Shown: positions 37,560 to 47,040, counted from the first letter of the stretch. The stretch is DNA of 64,000 bases from Actinomycetes bacterium (GCA_023404495.1 JAEYBE010000033.1:72032-136031), one strand, 5' to 3'. The notes: generated by a model not told the origin, from the letters alone. Program-made: numbers and translations.

Positions 37560-38598
37560 TTTCGACCTTCGCGACGCCGGTCTTGCCCTTGGCGAAAATT
37601 CCGATGTCCCAAAGCCCTGGCGCGATGAACGTCGTCAGCGAATCACTGCGGCCGCGCTTGGTCGAGCGGTCCCAGACCTTGTTGGACTTCGCGGGGAAGA
37701 TGAAGATGTCGAAGTCGCGCCCCTTGGCGCCCTTGACGGTCACCTTGGTGAGACTGAAGAACGACGTGGAGATGCGCTTCCAATAGACCTTCTTGCGCTT
37801 GATCTTCTTCGAGAAGTTCTTGGTCGAGACAAGCAACTTGTTGTCAATGTCGAACTTCATCGCCTTGAGCTGGTCGGCGTTGGGCTCCTTGGCGCTTGAA
37901 AGCTGCCAACCGGTGATGCCGTTGAGCACGACGAAGTCTTCGGCGAAGAGCTCGGGGAGCAGGTGCTCCCAGTCCGTGCCGGAGCAGAAGAACCTGTCCG
38001 CGTCCGTCGTGTTGGAGGCGGTCACACGGGTGAAGAACCAATCGCGCGTGCCGTCGGTCGAGATCGTGCAGCCGTTGCCGAAGCCGAACGCACGAAGCTG
38101 GGCGAGATTCGCGATCTGGTTGTCGACGTGGTGGCCGTACTCGTGGACCAGCGAGTGCAGCCAGTCAGTGTCGTTGGTGCCAAACCAAAGTTCGCCATAT
38201 CCGTTGGCCATCGGTCGATAGCAAGCGATCGCCTGCGTGTCGCCGCATGTCGAGTCCATCTCGCTGAGCGGGATCGCGTGGACCGTGAGCTTCGAGATCT
38301 CGGACTTGTGGTAAATCGAGTTCAGCGCGGCGGCGGCCGGATCAAGATCAAAGCCGGGGACGGTCGTATCAATCGTGAACTGACGACCTGAGCCGTCGGT
38401 GTAGGTCGCGCTGGCGACTGCCTTTGGAGCGGCCGCAATGCGCGCTCCCGCAGGCAGAATCGCATCCTTGACCTCGCGCTTGGCCTCGACCTTCGTGAGG
38501 TCGATCTTGCCGGCGGGCTCGGCGGCGGTTGCCGGCGGCGCGACGAACGCCGCCGCGCAGAGCGCGGCGGCGAATGTCAGGCCAGGCTTCAGGCGCAA
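37546..38598 (-). CDS. secreted putative zinc metalloprotease (HExxH) with a basic beta-sandwich (PPC-like) C-terminus
   Basis: 350 aa with a TTG start and the signal peptide MRLKPGLTFAAALCAAAFVAPPATAAEP. It carries the zincin motif LVHEYGHHV and a C-terminal KKIKRKKVYWKR...FDIFIFPAK...GVAKVEIKL. GC is low (42% in the sample 37801..37860). Confidence 0.65.
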   Translation of the reverse strand: MRLKPGLTFAAALCAAAFVAPPATAAEPAGKIDLTKVEAKREVKDAILPAGARIAAAPKAVASATYTDGSGRQFTIDTTVPGFDLDPAAAALNSIYHKSEISKLTVHAIPLSEMDSTCGDTQAIACYRPMANGYGELWFGTNDTDWLHSLVHEYGHHVDNQIANLAQLRAFGFGNGCTISTDGTRDWFFTRVTASNTTDADRFFCSGTDWEHLLPELFAEDFVVLNGITGWQLSSAKEPNADQLKAMKFDIDNKLLVSTKNFSKKIKRKKVYWKRISTSFFSLTKVTVKGAKGRDFDIFIFPAKSNKVWDRSTKRGRSDSLTTFIAPGLWDIGIFAKGKTGVAKVEIKLR

Positions 38599-39092
38599 GG
38601 AGGCACCCCGTTGGCGATCAGCTCTTCGTCTGTTGCGAGATTGAATGAGAACTGATCGGAGTTCTTCAGCAGGGCGCCGGTCGTCGGTGAGCGGAATGTT
38701 CCCTTGATCTTGAAGTACACCGTCGTACCGGAGGCAGCGGTGATCGACTTCGAGGTCTTCTTCCAGCCGTTCTTCTTTGTGAGCTTCACCGATCCGGAGG
38801 CGAAAGAAACTCCGTTCTGGTCGCGCACCGAGTAGCTGAACTTGACGCTCTTTGGGTACGGCGAGTTCTTGCGCGTGAACTTCGCACCGAACTTGACGGC
38901 GAAGCGCACTTGCCCGGCGGCGGGCCTGCAGGCGTCGACGAACTTGTAGGTCGGGGTGACGTAGAGCTTGACGGTCTTCGCCGAAGCAGCTGAGGCAACC
39001 GAGAGGCTGGCTGCGATCGCCACGACGAGTGTGGCCAGGAGGATCAGTTTCTTGCGCACGAGTGAGCCTTTCACGAGAAGGTGTTCACTCAA
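38589..39092 (-). CDS. small secreted protein, paralog B (Cys-bracketed)
   Basis: 167 aa with a signal peptide ending ASAASA. It resembles the 39136 gene product (LTKKNGWKKTSKSITAASG vs LKKSTGYKKRSKRFTVPAG, and LATDEELIANGVPPCA vs LAPTREELDQLGVVYC). Its stop overlaps the zincin start by 10 nt. Confidence 0.6.
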   Translation of the reverse strand: MSEHLLVKGSLVRKKLILLATLVVAIAASLSVASAASAKTVKLYVTPTYKFVDACRPAAGQVRFAVKFGAKFTRKNSPYPKSVKFSYSVRDQNGVSFASGSVKLTKKNGWKKTSKSITAASGTTVYFKIKGTFRSPTTGALLKNSDQFSFNLATDEELIANGVPPCA

Positions 39093-39135
39093 TTATCGCC
39101 TACGGCGCGCGAAAGTTGCGGTCGCGTCCAGCTGA

Positions 39136-39582
39136 CTAGCAATAAACCACGCCGAGCTGGTCGAGTTCTTCTCGAGTCGGTGCCAGGTCGGTGGACGATT
39201 TACCGAATTGGCGCGTTCGGCCGCCCACGCGGTATGTGAAGTTGACTCGCATCGAATACTCGTGGCCAGCCGGGACCGTGAAGCGCTTGGACCGCTTCTT
39301 GTAGCCGGTCGATTTCTTCAGGTTGATGACGCGAGAGGCGATCGTCCATCCAGTCGTCTTGTCGATGATCTGGTACGCGGCCCGGATCCGCTTGGGCGGC
39401 GCAATTCCGTTGTAATCCACTTTCCCATCAGCGACGAAGCGGTAGCTGATGCGGTCCTCGTCGACCCTGCAGCCGTCGACCTCGCCGTACTGCACGAATA
39501 CTTTGATCGACCAGGCCTGCGCAGCGGGCACAGGCGCCAGCAGGACTGCGAGCGAAGCGAGCAAAACAATTTTCTTGAGCAC
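39136..39582 (-). CDS. small secreted protein, paralog A (Cys-bracketed)
   Basis: 148 aa with the signal peptide MLKKIVLLASLAVLLAPVPAAQA. One Cys lies near the mature N-terminus and one is the last residue. Confidence 0.6.
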   Translation of the reverse strand: MLKKIVLLASLAVLLAPVPAAQAWSIKVFVQYGEVDGCRVDEDRISYRFVADGKVDYNGIAPPKRIRAAYQIIDKTTGWTIASRVINLKKSTGYKKRSKRFTVPAGHEYSMRVNFTYRVGGRTRQFGKSSTDLAPTREELDQLGVVYC

Positions 39583-39649
39583 GGCGGTTCCCCCACGGGC
39601 GAATACTTGAGATTGGGTATCGGCAGGTGCAGCGCCTACCTAAAACCCA

Positions 39650-40666
39650 TCACTCGCCGGGCGGGCGCAGACTTGCGGCGATGTCACCGCGGCCGAGGAT
39701 CGCCCCGATCGCCATCGCGTCGGCCGGGACCTCTCCGCCCGGGAAAACAATCGTGTCGCGCAGCGCCGAGCCTGCGCCGATCTTCGCGCCGTCCCCGATC
39801 ACCACTGGGCCCTGAAGAATCGCGCCGGCACCGATCGAGACGTCCTGTCCGATCCAGACAGGCCCTTCCACAAGCTCTGCGGCATCGAGCGCGCCGCTGG
39901 TCGCCGAAAACACCGCGTCGCTGCCGCCGGTGCCCTCGATGCCAAGGTCCAGCGCCCCCGTGAGCGCGTCAAAGGTTCCCTCCCGGAGCTCGCGCAGCGA
40001 GCCCACGTCGTTCCAGTATTCCTCGATCTCGTGGATATGAAAGGGAATGTCGTTTTCGAGCAGCACTGGGAAGACGTCCTGCGCCCAGTCGACAAATTCG
40101 GTCTCGGGGAAGTAGTCGAAGATCTCCGGGCTAAAGACGTAGATCCCGCAATTGCCGAGATCCGAGAGCGCCTCGTCGGGTTCCGGCTTCTCCTGGAAGC
40201 CGGTGATCCGCCCCTCGGCGTCGTGCAACACGACTCCGTACTCACGGGTGTCGGCCACCCGCTTGACGGTCAACGTCGCGACGCCGCCCGCGCTCTTGTG
40301 GCGCTCGATCAGCTTCGTCAAGTCGATGTCGGTGAGCGCGTCGCCGCTGATGATCAGGAACGGCTCGCCGCCGTCGGTCAATGAGTCCTTCACCGCACGC
40401 ACGCCGCCGGCCGTGCCCATCAGTTCCGGCTCGAAGTTGTATTCGAGGTTCACGCCAAAAGCAGACCCGTCGCCAAAGTAATTGCGAATCGTGGCTGGGT
40501 AGTAGTGGAGGTTTGCAACGGCGTCGGTGAATCCGTGCTTTGCGACCAGATTCAGCAGGTGCGCCATGCACGGCTTGTCGATCACCGGCACCATCGGCTT
40601 CGGGATCCCCAGGGTGATCGGCTTGAGACGAGTTCCGAGTCCTGCGGCGAGAACCATCGCTTTCAT
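39650..40666 (-). CDS. NDP-sugar pyrophosphorylase (mannose-1-phosphate guanylyltransferase-like) with a left-handed beta-helix C-terminus
   Basis: MKAMVLAAGLGTRLKPITLGIPKPMVPV is the signature G-x-G-T-R-L motif. ISGDALTD and a C-terminal hexapeptide-repeat region are also present. ATG 40666 was chosen. Confidence 0.8.
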   Translation of the reverse strand: MKAMVLAAGLGTRLKPITLGIPKPMVPVIDKPCMAHLLNLVAKHGFTDAVANLHYYPATIRNYFGDGSAFGVNLEYNFEPELMGTAGGVRAVKDSLTDGGEPFLIISGDALTDIDLTKLIERHKSAGGVATLTVKRVADTREYGVVLHDAEGRITGFQEKPEPDEALSDLGNCGIYVFSPEIFDYFPETEFVDWAQDVFPVLLENDIPFHIHEIEEYWNDVGSLRELREGTFDALTGALDLGIEGTGGSDAVFSATSGALDAAELVEGPVWIGQDVSIGAGAILQGPVVIGDGAKIGAGSALRDTIVFPGGEVPADAMAIGAILGRGDIAASLRPPGE

Positions 40667-40671
40667 CTGAT

Positions 40672-41967
40672 TCAGCTTCCTTTCGAGTGGTCGGGCGGCG
40701 GCGCTGCGGCCGACTGATCCCATGAAGTCAGGTACTGCTGCTGCTCTGCGGTGAGCGTGTCGATCTCGACGCGCAGCGATTCGAGCTTGAGGCGGGCGAT
40801 CGCATCGTCGATCTCCGGCGGGACGGCGTGCACTTGACGCGCCATCGCCTTGCCGTGTCTTGCCAGATGTTCGACCGCCAGCGCCTGATTGGCGAAACTC
40901 ATGTCCATCACGGCCGGTGGATGACCCTCGCCAGCAGCGAGGTTGACGAGCCGCCCGTCGGCGAGAAGGTATACGCGGCGGTCACCCGAGAGTGTGAAGC
41001 GTTCGACGAGCGGGCGCACTTCGGCATGTTCCTGGGCGCGTTCGAATAAATCCGCCTTGTTTATCTCGATGTCAAAGTGACCTGCGTTGCAGACGATCGT
41101 CCCGTCGCCCATCACGTCGAAGAGCTCGCCGGCCACGGCGTCGCGTCCTCCGGTGACCGTGACGATCACGTCCGCGCGCGAGGCCGCTTCGATCGCAGGA
41201 AGCACGGTGAAGCCATCCATCGCGGCCTCAAGCGCGCGCTGGGGATCGACCTCGCAGACGATCACGTTGGCGCCGAGGCCCTTGGCGCGAGAGGCGATTC
41301 CCTGTCCGCAGGCGCCATAGCCGATCACTGCGACCACGCGACCGGCAATCAACAAGTTCGTCGCGCGCAGGATTCCGTCGAGCGTCGACTGGCCGGTGCC
41401 GTAGCGCGTGTCAAACAGCTTCTGTGTGCGCGACTCGTTGACGGCGATCACTGGATACGCGAGGCCGCCTTCGCGCTCAAGCGCCTTCAGGCGGATCACG
41501 CCGGTCGTTGTCTCCTCGGTGCCACCAAGCACGTCGTCCAGCAGTTCGCGGCGCCCGCCGTGAAGCGCCCCGACGAGATCTGCCCCGTCGTCGAGCGTGA
41601 TCTGCGGCGCGGTGTCGCAGACGGCATTGATGTGACGCTGATAGGCCGGGGCATCTTCGCCATTGACCGCGAAGACGGCCGCTGAATCGCGCTCCGAAAG
41701 CGCTGCGGCGACATCATCCTGGGTTGAAAGGGGATTGCTCGCGCAGATCGCAAGCTGCGCGCCGCCGGCGATCAGCGCCCGGGCGAGATTCGCGGTCTCC
41801 GCCGTGATGTGCAAACAGGCGCCGACGCGGATGCCGTCCAGTGGACGTTGCTCGGAGAATCGCTCAGCGATACGCGAGAGCACCGGCATTTCATTGCCGG
41901 CCCAGTCGATACGCATCGCGCCGGCATCGGCGAGCGCGAAGTCAGCGATGTCAGCTGCCGGGGTCAT
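40672..41967 (-). CDS. adenosylhomocysteinase-family paralog (short form without insertion or C-terminal tail)
   Basis: 431 aa. Motifs ACLHITAETANLARAL, TLDDGADLVG, GYGACGQGIA, AGHFDIEINK and DGRLVNLAAGEGHPPAVMDMSF. Confidence 0.85.
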   Translation of the reverse strand: MTPAADIADFALADAGAMRIDWAGNEMPVLSRIAERFSEQRPLDGIRVGACLHITAETANLARALIAGGAQLAICASNPLSTQDDVAAALSERDSAAVFAVNGEDAPAYQRHINAVCDTAPQITLDDGADLVGALHGGRRELLDDVLGGTEETTTGVIRLKALEREGGLAYPVIAVNESRTQKLFDTRYGTGQSTLDGILRATNLLIAGRVVAVIGYGACGQGIASRAKGLGANVIVCEVDPQRALEAAMDGFTVLPAIEAASRADVIVTVTGGRDAVAGELFDVMGDGTIVCNAGHFDIEINKADLFERAQEHAEVRPLVERFTLSGDRRVYLLADGRLVNLAAGEGHPPAVMDMSFANQALAVEHLARHGKAMARQVHAVPPEIDDAIARLKLESLRVEIDTLTAEQQQYLTSWDQSAAAPPPDHSKGS

Positions 41968-41980
41968 TCAAACCTGCGGC

Positions 41981-43042
41981 TCAACCGGCGCTCGTCGGAC
42001 GCCCGAGCTGGTCTTTGAGATCTTCGATCAGCGGAACCGGCGTCGGGTCGACGCCGCGCAGCACCGCCAGGTACAGCGAAGTCAGGTCGCCCAGCAGGAC
42101 GTGCGCGAACATTCGCTCAGAACGAGTCTCTCCCGAGACTTCAATCGTCTGCGCCTGCGCGCGATGCGCGCTTGCGATCTCGGAGACAACTCGAATCCGT
42201 TCGGCGATTCGCGGGTGCTGGTCTCTGTCGGCGAGAAACCAGGCCGTGTTCTCGGCCAGCTCCGTCGCCCCTTCCCAGCCACAGATCTCATTGTGGTTGG
42301 CCTCTGGGAGCGACGCGCTCCATGCCGGGTACTTCGCGTTCTCGTTTATCTGGCACTTCCACCGATACGCCACCGGGACCGTCAGATCGGCCCCGTAGAT
42401 GATCGGCAGCCGGCCGAAGGCGCTGCGCGCCAGGTGCATCGCCGTCTCGTCCTCGCCGCCCGGTGCCCAGCTGGAGCCAAGCGTTTTGAGCAGCTCGGCC
42501 GCCGCGTTGAACTCATCATGGATCGCTGCGGGCGCGAGTCCGTTGGCGATCGCGATCTCCGCCACGGCGACCACGCCATATGCGACGGCAGCGCGCGGCT
42601 GAAAGATCCCGGGAAGTCCGATCACGGGGATGCCGGAGGCGTGTGCGGCCTCCGAGAGCGGGCCACCCGAGCTGACCACATAGAGGCGGGCGCCAGAAGC
42701 CTTTGCCTGCTCGAAACAGGAGAGAGTCTCTTCTGTCGAGCCCGAGTAGGAGCTCAATACAACCGCGTCATCTTCGCCAACCCAGGAGGGGAGCGCGTAG
42801 CCGCGTGCGGTGACCAGCGGCCCACCCGCTCGCGGTCCGATCAGCGTCGCGGCGAGATCCGCCCCGATTGCAGAACCCCCCATCCCGCAGACAACCATCG
42901 CGCGGGCCTTGGCGGGCTGAAGAAATGCGCTCTCCGCGCGCCACATCGCGTCGGTGATGTGGTCCGGCATCGCGAGCATGTCGGCGAGCAGCCCCGAACT
43001 GTCCACGGCAGCGACTGCCTCAGCTGTCAAAGCGTCGTTCAC
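41981..43042 (-). CDS. SIS-domain bifunctional phosphoglucose/phosphomannose isomerase-like protein
   Basis: SIS motifs VCGMGGSAIGADL and LSSYSGSTEETL, with a second SIS-like half. It overlaps the upstream gene by 4 nt. Confidence 0.75.
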   Translation of the reverse strand: MNDALTAEAVAAVDSSGLLADMLAMPDHITDAMWRAESAFLQPAKARAMVVCGMGGSAIGADLAATLIGPRAGGPLVTARGYALPSWVGEDDAVVLSSYSGSTEETLSCFEQAKASGARLYVVSSGGPLSEAAHASGIPVIGLPGIFQPRAAVAYGVVAVAEIAIANGLAPAAIHDEFNAAAELLKTLGSSWAPGGEDETAMHLARSAFGRLPIIYGADLTVPVAYRWKCQINENAKYPAWSASLPEANHNEICGWEGATELAENTAWFLADRDQHPRIAERIRVVSEIASAHRAQAQTIEVSGETRSERMFAHVLLGDLTSLYLAVLRGVDPTPVPLIEDLKDQLGRPTSAG

Positions 43043-44127
43043 GAAGCGATGCCCTCCCCCGCCTCAATTCGCGCCGCCCCGACGACCGCGCCCGGATCGA
43101 TCGACGCACCTTCGCCGATCACGCTTCCGTCGGTGATGTTCGCTCCGTAGCCCAGCAAGACAGATGGCCCCACTATCGAGTCTTCCACCGCGGCGCCGGG
43201 CGCGAGTCGCGCGTCGTCCATCACAACGGATCGCTCGATGCGGCAGTCGGCCGCCACGTCGACGCGCTCGCCGACAACGGTGTCCGGTCCGATACGGCTG
43301 CCCGGCGCGAACTCAGCGCCGGCGCCGACCACGACAGGTGCGGTCACTTCGACGCCGGCAAGATCCACGTCGCTGGCGAAGACATTGCCCTGGGCGTCGC
43401 GCAGCGGGTCAAGGTACGAGCGCACGCGCCCGCTGAGCAGGTCACGCGTGGCTTCGACGTAGCGTTCGGGCGTACCGAGATCGAGCCAGTATCCGTCGGC
43501 GTCGTACGCGTAGATGCCATCGCCGACCAGTTGCGGGAATACGTCGTGCTCGAACGAGCGGTTCTCGCCGGCGGGGATCATCTCCAGCACGTCGCGCTCG
43601 AGCACATAGGCCCCGGCGTTGATTCGCGGGTCCGCGGGCGCGTCCTCGCGACGCGGCTTCTCAAGAAACGCCTCGACGCGGTGCTCGCTGTCGGTCAGCA
43701 CCACGCCGTATGCGGTCGGATCCTCCACGGGCACCAGGGCGAGCGTCGCCCGGGCGCCGGTCGCCTGATGCTGAGCGATTTCAGCGGAGAGGTCGTAGTC
43801 GGCCAGCGTGTCGCCATTCAGAACCAGGAATCGCTCCTCGAGCCGGTCCTCCGCGAACTTCACAGCACCGGCGGTGCCCAACGGCTCGGGCTCCTCGACG
43901 TAGGTGATCGAAACACCAGGATGGCCGGCCGCGTCGAGCGCACTGCGCAGGCCGTCGGCCTTGTAGCCGACCGACATCACCACATCGGTCACGCCGTGCC
44001 CGTGCAGCCAATCGATCATGTACCAGAGCATCGGCCGATTGACCATCGGCACAGCCGGCTTTGGCATCGTGCTGGTCAGCGGACGCAGGCGCGTGCCCTG
44101 GCCGCCGGACAGGATCACGGCTTGCAC
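43039..44127 (-). CDS. NDP-sugar pyrophosphorylase (mannose-1-phosphate guanylyltransferase-like)
   Basis: MQAVILSGGQGTRLRPLTSTMPKPAVPM, EPEPLGTAGA, LNGDTLAD and a C-terminal hexapeptide-repeat region. Confidence 0.8.
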   Translation of the reverse strand: MQAVILSGGQGTRLRPLTSTMPKPAVPMVNRPMLWYMIDWLHGHGVTDVVMSVGYKADGLRSALDAAGHPGVSITYVEEPEPLGTAGAVKFAEDRLEERFLVLNGDTLADYDLSAEIAQHQATGARATLALVPVEDPTAYGVVLTDSEHRVEAFLEKPRREDAPADPRINAGAYVLERDVLEMIPAGENRSFEHDVFPQLVGDGIYAYDADGYWLDLGTPERYVEATRDLLSGRVRSYLDPLRDAQGNVFASDVDLAGVEVTAPVVVGAGAEFAPGSRIGPDTVVGERVDVAADCRIERSVVMDDARLAPGAAVEDSIVGPSVLLGYGANITDGSVIGEGASIDPGAVVGAARIEAGEGIAS

Positions 44128-44135
44128 GGTTGGGC

Positions 44136-45503
44136 CTACTCCGCGGCGGCGCTGGCGACGGCGGGCGCCTCTTGCTCGCTGAGCAATCCCGTGGCCGGGC
44201 GGCCGACGCCCTCGTAGGCAAACCCGGCAGCGGCGACGGCGTCGCCATCGAGCAGGTTGCGCCCGTCGATCACCAGTGGCGTGCGCATCGCTGCGCGCAC
44301 CTGATCGAGATCGAGCTCAGCGAACTGCGGCCACTCGGTGACGATTACAGCGGCGTCCGCGCCTTCGAGGGCAGCCAGCGGTGAGTCTTCGATCTCAACC
44401 CCCGGAAGCAGCTCGGCCGCGCGTCCGGCTGCGACCGGATCGAACGCGCTGACGATCGCTCCCTCGCCGCGCAGGCGCGCCGAGAGCACGAGCGAGGAGG
44501 CCTCGCGCATGTCGTCGGTGTTGGGCTTGAAGGAGAGACCAAGCAGCGCGATCTTCTTGCCGACGAGTGAGTCGCCGAGGTGCTTCTTGAGCTTCCCGAT
44601 CACGCGACGCTTCTGAAGTTCGTTGACCTCGATCACTGCGTTCAGGAGCTGGAAGTGGTAGCCGGAGTTGCCGGCGAGCTGCTTGAGCGCGGTGACGTCC
44701 TTCGGGAAGCAGCTCCCGCCATAGCCGATTCCGGCCTGCAGGAACTTCGGCCCGATGCGGGCGTCGAGGCCCATGCCGCGGGCGACCTCGGTGACGTCGG
44801 CGCCGACCTCTTCGGAGACGTTGGCGATCTCGTTGATGAAGCTGATCTTGGTCGCAAGAAAAGCGTTGCTGGCGAGCTTGATCATCTCGGCCGAGGCAAT
44901 GTCGGTGCGAACAATCTCACCGCCGAGCGGCTTGTAGATCGCCTCAACGGCGTCGCCGGCCCATGTTCCTGGCAACTCAGTGCCGATGTCGGAGCCGATC
45001 ACGACGCGGTCGGGATTCATGAAGTCGTCGACCGCCGTGCCCTCCTTGAGGAACTCCGGGCAGGAGACGTAGGCGAGGTCGTGCTTGTCGCGGCGGATCG
45101 CGGCGCCAGTACCGACGGGCACTGTGCTCTTCATGATCAGCGCGTGCTCGTTGGAATCGCCGACCTCGCGGACCACGGTCTGGACGCGCGAGAGGTCGGC
45201 GTCGCCGGAGTAGGTCGGCGGCGTGTCGACGCAGACGAACATCAAGCGGGTGCGATCGAGCACCTCGCCCATGTCCGTCGTGAAGGTCATGTGGTCGATG
45301 TTCTTCTTGAGCAGCTCGGGCAGTCCCGGCTCGTGGATCAGCAGCTCGCCGCGGCTGAGCGCGTCGACCTTTTCCTGGACGATCTCACGCACGACCACCT
45401 CGTGGCCGAGCTCGGCGAAGCAGCAGGCGGTCACAAGACCGACCCAGCCGGCGCCGATCACGCCGATCGGCGGCTTTTCGCTGGTTTCAAGCACGTTTGT
45501 CAT
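44136..45503 (-). CDS. ugd: UDP-glucose 6-dehydrogenase family protein
   Basis: N-terminal Rossmann motif GVIGAGWVGLVTA, catalytic GGSCFPKD, and a C-terminal UDP-binding domain. Confidence 0.9.
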   Translation of the reverse strand: MTNVLETSEKPPIGVIGAGWVGLVTACCFAELGHEVVVREIVQEKVDALSRGELLIHEPGLPELLKKNIDHMTFTTDMGEVLDRTRLMFVCVDTPPTYSGDADLSRVQTVVREVGDSNEHALIMKSTVPVGTGAAIRRDKHDLAYVSCPEFLKEGTAVDDFMNPDRVVIGSDIGTELPGTWAGDAVEAIYKPLGGEIVRTDIASAEMIKLASNAFLATKISFINEIANVSEEVGADVTEVARGMGLDARIGPKFLQAGIGYGGSCFPKDVTALKQLAGNSGYHFQLLNAVIEVNELQKRRVIGKLKKHLGDSLVGKKIALLGLSFKPNTDDMREASSLVLSARLRGEGAIVSAFDPVAAGRAAELLPGVEIEDSPLAALEGADAAVIVTEWPQFAELDLDQVRAAMRTPLVIDGRNLLDGDAVAAAGFAYEGVGRPATGLLSEQEAPAVASAAAE

Positions 45504-45543
45504 GCCCGGGAGGGTAGTAGTTGGCCCAATTGGCGGCGAAAGC

Positions 45544-47040
45544 TCAGTTGTACAGGCGCAGCGACTCGGCGAGCGCCATCATCTGCTTGCCATTGAGCTT
45601 GCGCGAGAGAGTGTTTGCGACCCAATAGGACGCATCACCGCGGTGGAAGGCGACAAGCGCGAGCTTGCTGCCTTCGTAGTAGAGCTTGTATTCGCGTCCG
45701 CCGACTCTGCGCGTGACCGACGGGTTCTTGAGAATTGGCGGGTCCTTCCAGTTGACGCCCTGCACGCCGTAGTAGTCGCCCGCGGAGCCCGACAGCTTGG
45801 CCACGATGCGGTACGCCGAGACGCGCTTGCCGTCGGCGGTGGTCATGCGGTAGTCGCGCGTGCTCTGGTCTTGATAGCTCGCGCCATTGACCAGCGCAGT
45901 CGGGTAGAAGACAGGCAGGTTGATGCGGCCGGAGGCCAGCGAGGCCTGCTTGCGTCCGGCCATCTTTGCCGGCGTCATTGAGCCCGGCAGGGACTTTGAT
46001 CGCTTTGCCTTTGTCGACTGCGGTTTGGCGGTCTCGCCATCGCCGCCGGCGTCCGCGTCAGAGGACACCGTGCCGCGCTGCTTTGGCCCCTTGATGAACG
46101 ATCGGGCGGCCTTCTTGATCGCCTCGTTTGAGGCGACCACATAAGAGACGCCCCCGATCGTCGGCGTGGTCACTCCGGGGATCTCGACTTGGTAGACCGG
46201 CTTGCCCGATGATTTGACCGCGAGCGTGAGCATGCGCTGGAGGTTTTTGCCGCTGGAGAGGCTGTTGTCGGTGTGGATGTTGCTGGCGATGATCTTCTTC
46301 AGATCCTTCGCGCTGGTGAAGAGCTTGGTCACTCCGACTTGTTGCTTGGCCTGTCGCAAGAACCCCTGCTGGCGCGCCTCGCGGAAGATGTCGCTGTCGT
46401 AATGGCGGAAGCGCACGTAGTCGAGCGCGCGATAGCCGCAGAGCTTCTGGTAGCCGGCTTTGATGTCGATCGCAGCAAACTGCTCGCCGTAGACGCGCCC
46501 TACGTTGCTGTGGAAGTACTTGCGGTCGACGTCGATGTAGACGCAGTCGACTGCATCGACGGCCTTGGCGAATCCGCCGAAGTCGACCTCGGCGACGTGA
46601 TTGACCTTGAGCCCGAAATTCTCCTTGATCGTGCGCACCACCAGCTTTGGTCCGCCGAGCGAATAGGACTCGTTGAACTTGGTGACGCCTCGCCCGGGGA
46701 TCGACACGCGCAGGTCTCGCGGGATCGAGAGGACTGTCGTGACGTTCTTGTTCGGGTCGAGCCGGACGAGCATCATCGTGTCCGAACGCGCCTTGAGGCC
46801 CAGCCGCTTGTCGTCCTTGCGGGTGTCGGCGCCGATCAGAAGCAGGGTCTGCGGCCCGCCCGTGGCGCCATCGAGGTACTTGCTGATGCCCTTGATCTCA
46901 TTCTGCTTGAAGACCGTGGCGATGTCCTGGCGCTGGCTGAAGGCAGTCAGCGACGCGACGATCGCGGCGATCGCAATCATCAGCACCGAGCCGAAGAGAT
47001 AGCGCTTCCAGGGCGCAAAGCGTTCTGGTTCGTCAAACAC
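45544..47040 (-). CDS. LytR-CpsA-Psr (LCP) family cell-envelope glycopolymer transferase
   Basis: N-terminal TM helix, LLLIGADTR...RSDTMMLVRLDP...SIPRDL, and a C-terminal LytR_C-like domain. Confidence 0.85.
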   Translation of the reverse strand: MFDEPERFAPWKRYLFGSVLMIAIAAIVASLTAFSQRQDIATVFKQNEIKGISKYLDGATGGPQTLLLIGADTRKDDKRLGLKARSDTMMLVRLDPNKNVTTVLSIPRDLRVSIPGRGVTKFNESYSLGGPKLVVRTIKENFGLKVNHVAEVDFGGFAKAVDAVDCVYIDVDRKYFHSNVGRVYGEQFAAIDIKAGYQKLCGYRALDYVRFRHYDSDIFREARQQGFLRQAKQQVGVTKLFTSAKDLKKIIASNIHTDNSLSSGKNLQRMLTLAVKSSGKPVYQVEIPGVTTPTIGGVSYVVASNEAIKKAARSFIKGPKQRGTVSSDADAGGDGETAKPQSTKAKRSKSLPGSMTPAKMAGRKQASLASGRINLPVFYPTALVNGASYQDQSTRDYRMTTADGKRVSAYRIVAKLSGSAGDYYGVQGVNWKDPPILKNPSVTRRVGGREYKLYYEGSKLALVAFHRGDASYWVANTLSRKLNGKQMMALAESLRLYN

